Assembly: GCA_964016885.1 (NCBI GenBank)
Contig: OZ024764.1
Location: 14,446,001 to 14,510,000, forward strand
DNA length: 64,000 bases
Source: Eledone cirrhosa
Lineage: Eukaryota
Reading direction: 5' to 3'
Part shown: positions 1 to 13,336 of the stretch, one piece after another
Position numbering within the stretch: the stretch's first letter is position 1
How the letters are laid out: each line of letters begins with the position of its first letter
The notes under the pieces: generated by a model
Database searches by the model: none
The model's input: the letters and a program-made list of their open reading frames with translations, nothing else
What the model was told of the DNA's origin: nothing
Program-made: the position numbers and the translations under genes

Positions 1-532
1 CTGATGATGTTGGTAATGTTTAGTTATGTCTGATAATGTTGGCCATGTTTGATAATGTTTCGTAATATTTGATGAATGTCTGATGATGTTGGTAATGTTT
101 AGTTATGTCTGATAATGTTGGCCATGTTTGATAACGTTTTGTAATATTTGATGAATGTCTGATGATGTTGGTAATGTTTAGTTATGTCTGATAATATTGG
201 CCATGTTTGATAATGTTTCGTAATATTTGATGAATGTCTGATGATGTTGGTAATGTTTAGTTATGTCTGATGTTGGTCATGTTTGATAATGTTTTGTAAT
301 ATTTGATGAATGTCTGATGATGTTGGTAATGTTTAGTTATGTCTGATAATATTGGCCATGTTTGATAATGTTTCGTAATATTTGATGAATGTCTGATGAT
401 GTTGGTAATGTTTAGTTATGTCTGATAATGTTGGCCATGTTTGATAATGTTTGGTAATATTTGATGAATGTCTGATGATGTTGGTAATGTTTAGTTATGT
501 CTGATGTTGGTCATGTTTGATAATGTTTTGTA
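1..532. repeat. 79-bp minisatellite (about 6.7 copies, truncated by window start)
   Basis: ctgatgatgttggtaatg recurs at 1, 80, 159, 238. Confidence 0.9.
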
Positions 533-554
533 ATACACACACACACATACACAT

Positions 555-765
555 ATACACACACACATGCAGACATATCCACACAGACTGACACACACAC
601 ACACACACATGCAGACATATCCACACAGACTGACACACACACACACACACATGCAGACATATCCACACAGACTGACACACACACACACACACATGCAGAC
701 ATATCCACACAGACTGACACACACACACACACACATGCAGACATATCCACACAGACTGACACACA
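555..765. repeat. 42-bp CA-rich minisatellite (5 copies)
   Basis: atgcagacatatccacacagactg(ac)n unit. Confidence 0.9.
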
Positions 766-1209
766 TACATACTCACACACATATCTACAAATGTCAAAAT
801 ACAGTTCTTGACATTATGTAAAGAGGCACCCTCCCTTTCTCTCTCTCTCTATCTGCCCCTCTCACTCCCTCACCCCACCCCTCACTCTATCTCTCCATCA
901 GCACTCACATAGTGTTGTTGTTGTTGTTGTTGTTGTTGACTCATTTGCTCACACCCCCTCTCTAGATATATATGTATATATGTGTATGTATATATATATA
1001 TGCATGTATGTGTGTGTGTGTGTGTATATATATATGCATGTGTGTGTATGTATATATATATATGCATGTGTGTGTATATATATATATGCATGTATGTGTG
1101 TGTATATATATATATGCATATATGTGTGTGTATGTGTATATATATATATATATATGCATATGTGTGTATGTATATATTATATCTATATATATATATATGC
1201 ATATGTGTT

Positions 1210-1249
<40 letters not shown>

Positions 1250-1252
1250 TGC

Positions 1253-1295
<43 letters not shown>

Positions 1296-1311
1296 TGCAT
1301 GCATATGTATG

Positions 1312-1355
<44 letters not shown>

Positions 1356-1388
1356 TATATGCGTGTATATATATATATATTTATATAT

Positions 1389-1428
<40 letters not shown>

Positions 1429-1491
1429 GCATATATGTACATATATATATATATATATATATATACATACATACATATATATATATATATT

Positions 1492-1524
<33 letters not shown>

Positions 1525-1875
1525 ATGTGTGTGTGTTCACCAGCTGACTGCTCCCAACACCCCCAAACCCCACCCCACCAGTCACACCAGTTGTAAAACC
1601 TGCTTCACCAGTCTGCCAGTTTTAAAACACTTGACTATTTCAATAATAACCAATCTTTCTATTTGAAAATGTTTGCTAACAAAATACACTAATTTTTTAA
1701 ACTAACGAACTGCACTGGTTAGTCATTAGAGCTGTGGGATGGAATTTTTGTAGTGTCGGCCTTGGTGTTGGTCTTCCCTGCAATCATCATCATCGTTTAA
1801 CGTCCGTGTGCCACGCTTGCATGGGTTTGGACGGGAGTTTTCCCACTTGAGGCAAGAGTGGTTGTCCTGCTCGTA

Positions 1876-2895
1876 CAGGACTGTCTGGCGGGTTTTCTAC
1901 GGCTGGATGCCCTTCCTAACACCAACCACATTTGCAGTGTGGGGCTGGGAGGTTTTTACCGTGTTGCCTACATGGCCACATTACAGCGTGGACTGTCTGG
2001 CGGGTTTTCTACGGCTGGATGCCCTTCCTAACACCAACCACATTTACAGTGTGGGGCTGGGAGGTTTTTACCATGTTGCCTACATGGCCACATTACAGCG
2101 TGGACTGTCTGGCGGGTTTTCTACAGTTGGATGCCCTTCCTAACACCAACCACATTTACAGTGTGGGGCTGGGAGGTTTTTACCATGTTGCCTACATGGC
2201 CACATTACAGCGTGGACTGTCTGGCGGGTTTTCTACAGCTGGATGCCCTTCCTAACACCAACCACATTTACAGTGTGGGGTTGGGAGGTTTTTACCATGT
2301 TGCCTACATGGCCACATTACAGCGTGGACTGTCTGGCAGGTTTTCTACGGCTGGATGCCCTTCCTAACACCAACCACATTTACAGTGTGGGGCTGGGAGG
2401 TTTTTACCATGTTGCCTACACGGCCACATTACAGCGTGGACTGTCTGGCGGGTTTTCTACGGCTGGATGCCCTTCCTAACACCAACCACATTTACAGTGT
2501 GGGGCTGGGAGGTTTTTACCATGTTGCCTACATGGCCACATTACAGCGTGGTCTGTCTGGCAGGTTTTCTACGGCTGGATGCCCTTCCTAACACCAACCA
2601 CATTTACAGTGTGGGGCTGGGAGGTTTTTACCATGTTGCCTACATGGCCACATTACAGCGTGGACTGTCTGGCAGGTTTTCTACGGCTGGATGCTCTTCC
2701 TAACACCAACCACATTTACAGTGTGGGGCTGGGAGGTTTTTACCATGTTGCCTACATGGCCACATTACAGCGTGGACTGTCTGGCAGGTTTTCTACGGCT
2801 GGATGCCCTTCCTAACACCAACCACATTTACAGTGTGGGGCTGGGAGGTTTTTACCATGTTGCCTACATGGCCACATTACAGCGTGGACTGTGTG
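1876..2895 (-). repeat. 112-bp tandem array (about 9 copies) inside an RTE 3'UTR copy (1787-3047)
   Basis: Period 112; single-unit homolog in inverted orientation within 3538-3908. Confidence 0.9.
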
Positions 2896-3046
2896 TTTTT
2901 TTGTCGTGACACCTACACATTTGTTTCGGCCTGGATGTTGTGGCACCAACATAACTTTACATAGAAGGGGACGGTGTGGATGGGGTGGGGGTGGTGGGAC
3001 GGGGGTGTATTTTGTTAGAGTTGCCTACTGACTGTAGTAGGTTTTA

Positions 3047-3084
<38 letters not shown>

Positions 3085-4050
3085 CACACATATGCACATA
3101 TAGAGCGAAGTTATTGTTGTCACTAGGACTATTCAACAGAATTCGTAATATAATCGGCATGTCTCCCTCACAGCCCCCCAGCGGTCAGAATGGAGAAGGC
3201 GTTTCCCCGGAGGACGGCAAGGGAGACGCGCTGGAGAAGCTACTCCAACTCACGGGGCTCACACCTGCGGCTGGCCAGCTCAGCGCCTATGGTGGTCAGG
3301 ATTGGAAATCATAATGTTGGTATGGTCACGTGATGCGCATGAAAGACGACAGCTGTATAACAAAGTGCAGGGCAGTAAAGATAGACGGTAGCCACGGAGT
3401 AGGCAGACCCAGAAAAACCTGGGACGAGCTGATAAACTCCGACCTCACACACTTACACCTCTCCAAGACAATGTCACTGGACCGAGACCTTTGGCTGTAC
3501 TCAGTAACAGAGAAGACCCGCCTTACCTAAATACATAGTAAAACCTACTACAGCCAGTAGGCATCTCTAACAAAATACACGCCCCGTCCCACCACCCCAC
3601 CTCATTCAATGTAAAGTTATGTTGGTGCCACAACATCCAGGCCGAAACAAATGAGGTCGTGTAGGTGTCACGACAAAAAAACACACAGTCCACGCTGTAA
3701 TGTGGCCGTGTAGGCAACACGGTAAAAACCTCCCAGCCCCACACTGTAAATGTGGTTGGTGTTAGGAAGGGCATCCAACTGTATAAAACCTGCCAGACAG
3801 TCCTATGCGAGCAAGACAATCACTCTTGCCTCAAGTGGGAAAACCCTCGTCCAAACCCATGCAAGCGTGGAACACGGACGTTAAACGTTGATGATGATGA
3901 TGATGATGATATATATATATATACACACAGTTCAAGAGTAACCAATCTGAAAGAGAGAGGTGGAGATAGGAGAGAAGAGATTGGTGAATTAGTTAGAAGC
4001 CAAAAGCATAAAGGTGTGTGCTCAATATGCAGTAGAAAGCAGCTAGGTGG

Positions 4051-4911
4051 TTAACCCTTTAGCATTTAAACCGACCATATCCGGCCAGAATTCTCTCACC
4101 TATTTCTGTTCAAACTGGATGTAACTGGCCACTCATACTGATGTTAAAGTAATGTTCTCAAAATATATATCAAAATCTTCTAGATTCGATATTATGTGAG
4201 GTAAAGCCTTTACTGTGAAAATACAATAGTATATATAGAGTAATGTAAATGTTATGCGAGATATTATGTGAGGTAAAACCTTTACTGTGACAATACAATA
4301 GTATATATAGAGTAATGTAAATGTTATGTGAGGTATTATGTGAGGTAAAGCCTTTACTGTGAAAATACAATAGTATATATAGAGTAATGTAAATGTTATG
4401 TGAGATATTATGTGAGGTAAAGCCTTTACTGTGACAATACAATAGTATATATAGAGTAATGTAAATGTTATGTGAGGTATTATGTGAGGTAAAGCCTTTA
4501 CTGTGAAAATACAATAGTATATATAGAGTAATGTAAATGTTATGTGAGGTATTATGTGAGGTAAAGCTTTTACTGTGAAAATACAATAGTATATATAGAG
4601 TAATGTAAATGTTATGTGAGGTATTATGTGAAGTAAAGCCTTTACTGTGAAAATACAATAGTATATATAGAGTAATGTAAATGTTATGTGAGGTATTATG
4701 TGAAGTAAAGCCTTTACTGTGAAAATACAATAGTATATATAGAGTAATGTAAATGTTATGTGAGGTATTATGTGAAGTAAAGCCTTTACTGTGAAAATAC
4801 AATAGTATATATAGAGTAATGTAAATGTTATGTGAGATATTATGTGAGGTAAAGCCTTTACTGTGAAAATACAATAGTAAATATAGAGTAATGTAAATGC
4901 CAGAGGGCTAA
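4051..4911 (+). mobile_element. TTAA piggyBac-like MITE with an internal 72-bp tandem array (about 10 copies)
   Basis: ttaaCCCTTTAGCATTT ... AAATGccagAGGGctaa ends; array 4190-4899. Confidence 0.75.
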
Positions 4912-5301
4912 ATTACTAACACACACCACCGTTAACATACCTCCATTAACACACCACGATTAACACACTACCATTAACACACTACCATTAACACACCTCC
5001 ATTAACATGCCCCCATTAACACACCTCCATTAAAACACCTCCATTAACATAGCCCCATTAACACACCTCCGTTAACGTACTCTCATTAACACACCCGTTA
5101 ACATGCCTCCATTAACACACCACTGTTAATATGCCACCATTCACATACCTCCATTAACACGCCTTTGTTAATCAACCTATATCAACTTTCTTCTCTCTAC
5201 TTTCATGTCCACGCCCCTAAATGAGCCCGACACCTCATGTCGATCGTTAACTTACCTTTGTTAATTAACTCACCTTTCCTCTCTTTCTTTTCTACTTTCA
5301 G

Positions 5302-5923
5302 GTCCAGACCTCCAGATGAGTCCGACACCTCCAGTTGATGATTTTATCATTGGAGATAGAGTTTGGGTGAGCGGCAACAAGCCTGGTGTGATTGCCTTTT
5401 TAGGAGAGACCAGCTTTGCTCCTGGTGAGTGGGCCGGAGTTGTACTTGACGAGATGCTCGGAAAAAACGACGGGTCAGTAAATGGAGCCCGTTACTTCCA
5501 GTGTGAGCCCAAATTCGGGGTCTTCGCTCGCATCTCAAAACTGTCTCGAACGCTGCAGACCCTAAAAGCAGACAGCAACAACACTGCCATTGCTACTTCA
5601 GCGAATGGTACCCCAATTGGAGGACTGGCCGTAGGGAGCCGAGGGGTGACCACCCCGAAGAGTGGGTTGGCCGGAAGCCGAGGTTCGTCGGCTTCGACGT
5701 CGAGCCTGAACAAGATCTCTCCCACCACCTCGTCGCTGACCCTCTCCAAGGATGGCCAGTCCCCTAAATACTTGCTCAAGACCGGCGACCGCGTGCTGGT
5801 GAGTGGCACGAAAGCAGGGACCCTACGCTACATCGGCATCACGGATTTTGCCAAGGGTGACTGGGCCGGTGTTGAACTGGATGATAAACTTGGTAAAAAT
5901 GATGGTGCCGTTGCTGGAAAAAG
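5302..5923 (+). CDS. CLIP1: CLIP-170/CLIP1-family exon A: CAP-Gly 1, linker, most of CAP-Gly 2 (internal exon, phase 1 to 2)
   Basis: Pyrimidine tract + ttcAG at 5300-5301; encodes FIIGDRVWV..GEWAGVVLD..GKNDGSV..YFQC and GDRVLV..GDWAGVELD..GKNDGAVAGK (two GKNDG motifs); AG|GTATTT donor at 5924. Confidence 0.95.
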
Positions 5924-6454
5924 GTATTTATAATAATGCTTTCTTATATAGGCACAATGCCAGCAATTTAAGGGGAGGAGAAAGTCTATTAAATCGATCC
6001 TAGTGCTTGACTGGTACTTTATTTTAGGTATTTATAATAATTACTGGAACTTTATAAAGGTATTTATAATGTAAACTATAATAAAGTAAGAAGCGCGGGA
6101 CTGCGTACGGTTTATTTCTTTTAATCCTGTCAGTAAAATAAGTTGGATTACTTTGAATAAATAATGAATGAATATTACATAATTTATCCACTAAATTTCG
6201 TGGCTGTTCATTAAATATATTTTATTATTTATTTAAAGATTCACTTCTTTAAAATTTTCAAATGTCAACACTTCCGGTTAGCAATCGCTTAAATAAACAT
6301 TCATATATTTCCGTCACTAATTTTCTCCTAATACAGTTTATATATAATACCGTCTTTTTTTAATGTATCATGGATTACTTTACTGATTACATAAGACAGT
6401 GTAACGCAGTCTTTGTTCAATTTCTGTGTATATTGTCAATTACGGTGTTATTTG

Positions 6455-8680
6455 ATGTATCATATCTACATGTATATATACTTGTGTATAATATCAATAT
6501 ACACACTACACATGTATCATATCTACATGTATATATACTTGCGTATAATATCAATATACACAATACACATGTATCATATCTACATGTATATATACTTCTG
6601 TATAATATCAATATACACACTACACATGTATCATATCTACATGTATATATACTTGTGTATAATATCAATATACACACTACACATATATCATATCTACATG
6701 TATATATACTTGCGTATAATATCAATATACACACTACACATGTATCATATCTACATGTATATATACTTGTGTATAATATCAATATACACACTACACATGT
6801 ATCATATCTACATGTATATATACTTGCGTATAATATCAATATACACACTACACATGTATCATATCTACATGTCTATATACTTGCGTATAATATCAATATA
6901 CACACTACACATGTATCATATCTACATGTATATATACGTGTGTATAATATCAATATACACACTACACATGTATCATATCTACATGTATATATACTTGTGT
7001 ATAATATCAATATACACACTACACATGTATCATATCTACATGTATATATACTTGTGTATAATATCAATATACACACTACACATGTATCATATCTACATGT
7101 ATATATACTTGCGTATAATATCAATATACACACTACACATGTATCATATCTACATGTATATATACTTGTGTATAATATCAATATACACACTACACATGTA
7201 TCATATCTACATGTATATATACTTGCGTATAATATCAATATACACACTACACATGTATCATATCTACATGTATATATACTTGTGTATAATATCAATATAC
7301 ACACTACACATGTATCATATCTACATGTATATATACTTGTGTATATTATCAATATACACACTACACATGTATCATATCTACATGTATATATACTTGTGTA
7401 TAATATCAATATACACACTACACATGTATCATATCTACATGTCTATATACTTGTGTATAATATCAATATACACACTACACATGTATCATATCTACATGTA
7501 TATATACTTGCGTATAATATCAATATACACACTACACATGTATCATATCTACATGTATATATACTTGCGTATAATATCAATATACACACTACACATGTAT
7601 CATATCTACATGTCTATATACTTGTGTATAATATCAATATACACACTACACATGTATCATATCTACATGTCTATATACTTGTGTATAATATTAATATACA
7701 CACTACACATGTATCATATCTACATGTCTATATACTTGTGTATAATATCAATATACACACTACACATGTATCATATCTACATGTCTATATACTTGTGTAT
7801 AATATCAATATACACACTACACATGTATCATATCTACATGTCTATATACTTGTGTATAATATCAATATACACACTACACATGTATCATATCTACATGTCT
7901 ATATACTTGTGTATAATATCAATATACACACTACACATGTATCATATCTACATGTCTATATACTTGTGTATAATATCAATATACACACTACACATGTATC
8001 ATATCTACATGTCTATATACTTGTGTATAATATCAATATACACACTACACATGTATCATATCTACATGTCTATATACTTGTGTATAATATCAATATACAC
8101 ACTACACATGTATCATATCTACATGTCTATATACTTGTGTATAATATCAATATACACACTACACATGTATCATATCTACATGTCTATATACTTGTGTATA
8201 ATATCAATATACACACTACACATGTATCATATCTACATGTATATATACTTGCGTATAATATCAATATACACACTACACATGTATCATATCTACATGTCTA
8301 TATACTTGTGTATTATATCAATATACACACTACACATGTATCATATCTACATGTCTATATACTTGTGTATAATATCAATATACACACTACACATGTATCA
8401 TATCTACATGTCTATATACTTGTGTATAATATCAATATACACACTACACATGTATCATATCTACATGTATATATACTTGTGTATAATATCAATATACACA
8501 CTACACATGTATCATATCTACATGTCTATATACTTGTGTATAATATCAATATACACACTACACATGTATCATATCTACATGTCTATATACTTGTGTATAA
8601 TATCAATATACACACTACACATGTATCATATCTACATGTCTATATACTTGTGTATAATATCAATATTCACACTACACATG
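6455..8680. repeat. 57-bp minisatellite (about 39 copies)
   Basis: tgtatcatatctacatgtatatatacttgtgtataatatcaatatacacactacaca unit. Confidence 0.95.
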
Positions 8681-9185
8681 TTAGCAGAAAACCACCCGAA
8701 GGCTGGTTTTTCTATTAGTTATGATAATAATTGTTTCTACTTTTGGCACAAGGCCAGCAATTATCCCAGTGCATTACTGGTACTTTATTTTATCGACCAC
8801 GTAAGGATGAAAGGCAAAGTTAACCTCAGCGGGATTTGAACTTAGATCGTAAAGGGCCGTAACTCTATGCTGTAAAAGCATGGTGTCCTCTCTCTACCGA
8901 TACTGCCAATCCACCGCCCTTATAATAATGATAATAATAATAATGGTTTCATTTATTGTCCACAAGGGCCGATATATAGGGGATGATACAATAGATGGGG
9001 ACAGTAGGGGGGTTACACACACACACACCCACACACCTACTCACGCTATCACACCTACACCAACCAACCACACCAACCAAACTAACTTATACACCCCCAC
9101 ACATACACACAGCCCCTCAACAGGAAAACTGTGTCAACCCTCCATTACAGAAAGATCTTAATCGGACCCTAACAGGGAGCCCCCC

Positions 9186-9216
<31 letters not shown>

Positions 9217-9310
9217 CACGCATACACATATATACATACACACACACGTGTGAGTGCATATATATGTGTGTGTATATATATATATATACATACACATATA
9301 CTTACACGTG

Positions 9311-9374
<64 letters not shown>

Positions 9375-9781
9375 GATATGTGTGTATAATCTGGAAATCC
9401 CTCAAGATACTATCAGATTTTGCCCCTCCCCACCTCATCCTTCCTATTGCTTCTTAGTCATTCCCAGACCACCCCACCCCACTATACCCTGGTGCCCCAG
9501 GGCTGGGGAAGGGAATGGTTGTTTTTCTTTCCTTATCTTCCTGTTTAAATATATGCATACATGTGGGGTGTGATGGCAGGAAGATTCAGCTGCTATTTCT
9601 AACAAATATTGCTACCATGTAAGGGGTCCTGCCCCCAGCCCTGTTTAGCGCATACATACCTGCCTAAGATGGTATAGTGTGAGTTGAGGGAGATTTTGCT
9701 GCTATTTCTACCAGCTCTAGCTACCATGTTGTGGTCTCCCTCATACATGAGACAGTAGGGTGTGACTAATTTGTCATTCTT

Positions 9782-9817
9782 TCTTCTGATGAAGGACTAG
9801 CGCCCGAAACGTTAAGA
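9782..9817 (+). ncRNA. Minimal hammerhead motif; related copy on the minus strand near 33010-33046
   Basis: tctt CTGATGA a ggac-tagc-gccc GAAA cg TT aaga; palindromic ACGT stem III; one stem II mismatch; the 33-kb copy has GAAA changed to AAAA. Confidence 0.6.
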
Positions 9818-9898
9818 CCCTCTTCCTGCTATTTCTAGTGTTAAACTAATATATTATTTCCATATACTGTACTGATTGTGTTGTTTCTGTTTACCTTT

Positions 9899-9950
<52 letters not shown>

Positions 9951-9954
9951 TATA

Positions 9955-10296
9955 GGAGGTACATGGCTTAGTGGTTAGAGCATTGGCCTTGCAATCGAAA
10001 GGTTGTGAGTTCAAATCTCAGACCAGGTGATGTGTTGTTTCCTTGAGCAAGACACTTTATTTCACATTGCTCCAGTTTACTCAGCTGTAGAAATGAGATG
10101 TTAGGGACTGGGGTCCCTATCATCCCACTGCAGAGTGGACGTGTAGGTGCCACGGTAAAAAAAGCACCCAGCACTCACTGTAAATGAGGTTGGTGTTAGG
10201 AAGGGCATCCAGCTGTAGAGATCAAGCCAGAACCAGTTCCCGTCCCACCCTTGCAAGCAGGGAAAAGCGAACGTAAAATGAAATGATGATGATGAT
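9955..10296 (+). mobile_element. tRNA-derived SINE family A with RTE-type 3' tail (other copies: 13517-13848, 27030-27369, 27715-28038, 35100-35445, 38915-39230, 44272-44606 on minus; 39242-39412 and head 63025-63170 on plus)
   Basis: A box TGGCTTAGTGG, B box GAGTTCAAATC, ccttgagcaagacactt core, tail cccttgcaagcagggaaaagcg.acgtaaaa(TGA)n. Confidence 0.9.
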
Positions 10297-10515
10297 ATAT
10301 ATATATATATATACAACAATGCACAATCGGCTTATGCGGCTTCATCAGCGGGTATCGCCTAATCAATAACCAATCGATCGACATAATCCAAACACCGGCC
10401 CGTGCCGGTCATGACTGTTTGTGACAACCGACATGGTAAGGCGATTAACTGGCAACTGATACTAGCATTAATAAATATGCTGGGTCCGTCAACCCTTATT
10501 AATATATATATATAT

Positions 10516-10653
10516 AGTTTTAATATAGATGAGATTCTACAGGACTAGAACTGTTTCATTCTTTAGAAATCATCAGGAATCTGGCCAGATTCTAGATGAT
10601 TTCTAAAAAATGAAACAGTTCTAGTCCTGTAGAATCTCATCTATATTAAAACT
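10516..10653. mobile_element. 138-bp foldback palindrome next to (TA)n; Penelope-like terminal-repeat remnant
   Basis: Arms mirror around ctGGCCag; contains an HHR. Confidence 0.7.
10532..10582 (-). ncRNA. Type I hammerhead ribozyme motif in left arm of a palindrome
   Basis: Minus strand: agattc CTGATGA tttc-taaa-gaat GAAA cag-ttctagtc-ctg TA gaatct; the + arm copy is mutated (CTAGATGA). Confidence 0.8.
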
Positions 10654-10659
10654 TTATTT

Positions 10660-11545
10660 AGGACTGGATGTTGTGGTACCAACATAACTTTACATCGAAA
10701 GGGGTGGTGTGGATGGGGTGGGGGTAGTGGGACGGGGGTGTATTTTTGTTAGAGGTGCCTACTGACTGTAGGTTTCGCTTTGTACTTAGGCAAGACGGGT
10801 CTTCTGTATTACTGTGTAGCGCCAAAGATCTCGGTCCAGTGACATTGTCTTGGAGAGGTGTAAGTGTGTGAGGTCGGAATTTATCAAGTCGTCCTAGGTT
10901 TTTCTGGGTCTGCCTACTCCGTGGTTACCGTCTATCTTTATTGCCCTGCACTTTGTTATACAGCTATCGACTTTCATGCGCATCACGTGTCCATACCAAC
11001 GTAACCTACTCTCGAGTAAACAACATCTGATCCCTCTTATTTCTAATTTTTTCCTTAGTTCGTTTATGCTTTGTCGTTCACGTATATTACTGTTACACAT
11101 CCAGCGGAGCATGCAAGCTTCGTTTCTCTCTAGTCTGCGTATATCCTCTGCACACAATGCCCAGGTCTCACTGCCATGCAGCATTGCTGTTCGTATGCAG
11201 GCATCGTACAGCCTGCCTTTCATTTTTAGGGAGAACCCTTTAGCGGCTAATAGTGGTATAAGCTCTCTGAACTTTTTCCACCCAGTTCTGACTCTAGCTA
11301 CTGTACTTTCAGAGCACCCTCCCCCACTGCTGATTTTGTCACCCAGGTAACGGAAGCTGTCCACTATTTCTATAGAACCCTCTGCGCAGTTGAAAGAGCT
11401 AGTATTCTGTGGGCACTTGCTGCTACTTATTTCCCCAGAACACCGGCCACATGTAAAATCTATGTTCTTAGTTAGCTTACCTGTGATCCCACTACATCTT
11501 TTATGCACCCAAACTTTGCATTTGGGACACAAAATGGAATTTCTA
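10660..11545 (-). pseudogene. RTE-clade LINE 3' fragment (post-RT C-terminal region + 3'UTR)
   Basis: ..[42 protein letters not shown]; related pieces at 3317-3908 (+), 21235-21378, 28075-28390. Confidence 0.9.
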
Positions 11546-11776
11546 CATATGTATATATATGTATATGTATATATATGTATATATATGTATATGTATATAT
11601 ATGTATATATGTATATATATGTATATATGTAAATATATGTATATATATGTATATATGTATATATATATATATACATATATATATGTTTATATATATTATA
11701 CATATATATATGTATATAATTACAGAATGTGTAACTGAGACTACACAAATATGTATAAATATATACACACACACAG

Positions 11777-11832
<56 letters not shown>

Positions 11833-11994
11833 TACACAGACAGTGTTAGAACAAAGCTGTTTACCCCCAGGGCAGGGCAGGGCAGAAGGGGGTATGTCTA
11901 TACATAAAGGCAGGAGGTAGGATCCTAAGTGGCGGTGGGAGTTACTTTAGTTGTTTCTGACAAATATTTATTTCAGCCACAGCTGTTCTGTAGA

Positions 11995-12963
11995 CAGTGT
12001 GGGTGGTGGTGGTGGTGGTGGTGTGGTGGTGTGGTGGTGGTGTGGTGGTGATGAGGGTGGTGGTGGTGATGGTGTGGTGGTGGTGTCGTGGTGTGGTGGT
12101 GATGGGGGTGGTGGTGGTGGTGGTGGTGATGGGGGTGGTGTGGTGGTGGTGGTGTGGTGGTGTGGTGGTGGTGGTGGGGGGGGTGGGGGTGTGGTGGTGG
12201 TAATAGTAGTGATGGTGGTGGTGTGGTGGTGTGGTGGTGGTGGTGGTGTGGTGCTGTGGTGGTGGTGGTGGTGTGGTGGTGGTGTGGTGGTGGTGGTGGT
12301 GTGGTGGTGGTGGGGGTGGTGGTGTGGTGGTGGTAATAGTAGTGATGGTGGTGGTGTGGTGGTAATAGTACTGATGGTGGTGGTGGGGGTGGTGGTAGAG
12401 GTGGTGGGGGTGATGGTGTATGGAGGCTGTTACATCACACCTTCCACAAACATGTAAATACATGCACACATGTACATACACACACACACACACATGTACA
12501 TACACACACATGTACATACACACACATATGTACATACATACACACAAGTACATACACATACACACACACACACACACACGTATGTACACACACATATGTT
12601 CATGCACACACATGCACACACATTCATACATACACATATGTAACATACCACATGTACATACATACACATACGCGCATACATGCATTTACCCACACATGCA
12701 CACACACACACGCGCGTGTGTGTGTGCATGTGTAGGGGATGTTGTCTGTGTGCAGTGTGTGTGTATGGATTGTGTGTTTGTTACCTGTGTGTGGTATTCT
12801 CTCTCTCTCTCTCTGTCTCTGTCTCTCTCTCTCTCTTCTGTCTTTCTGTCTCTCTCTGTCTCTCTCTCTCTTTCTGTCTCCCTCTATCTGTCTCTCTCTC
12901 GCTGTCTCTCTCTCTCTCACTCTCTGTCTCTCTCTCACTCTCTTCTGTCTTTCTGTCTCTCTG

Positions 12964-12997
<34 letters not shown>

Positions 12998-13116
12998 CCT
13001 CTCCCTCTCTCTCTCTCCCTCTCTCCCTCTCCCTCTCTCCCTCTCTCTCTCTCCCTCTCTCTCTCTCCCTCTCTCTCTCCCTCTCTTTCTTCTGTCTTTC
13101 TGTCTCCCTCTGTCTC

Positions 13117-13166
<50 letters not shown>

Positions 13167-13207
13167 TCTCTTCTGTCTTTCTGTCTCCCTCTGTCTCTCT
13201 CTCTCTC

Positions 13208-13250
<43 letters not shown>

Positions 13251-13305
13251 TCTGTCTTTCTGTCTCCCTCTGTCTCTCTGTCTCTCTCTCTCTGTCTCTG
13301 TCTCA

Positions 13306-13332
<27 letters not shown>
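11995..13332. repeat. Compound (GGT)n/(CA)n/(CT)n low-complexity block
   Basis: Direct reading. Confidence 0.9.

Positions 13333-13336
<4 letters not shown>

Noticed and set aside
1-532. Repeated CTGATGA as tandem hammerheads
   Set aside because: No GAAA core partner or stems; part of TGA-rich repeats
8686-8713. Rho-independent terminator
   Set aside because: Eukaryotic intron; the hairpin is more plausibly a TE end
6370-8839. 782-aa and 808-aa ORFs
   Set aside because: Translations of the 57-bp satellite; the unit is a multiple of 3 without stops
9955-10030. tRNA-Cys-like gene
   Set aside because: SINE head with no proper acceptor stem, repeated many times with the SINE body
10320-10360. 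CTGATGA on the minus strand
   Set aside because: No downstream GAAA/NUH before the (TA)n; at most a truncated remnant
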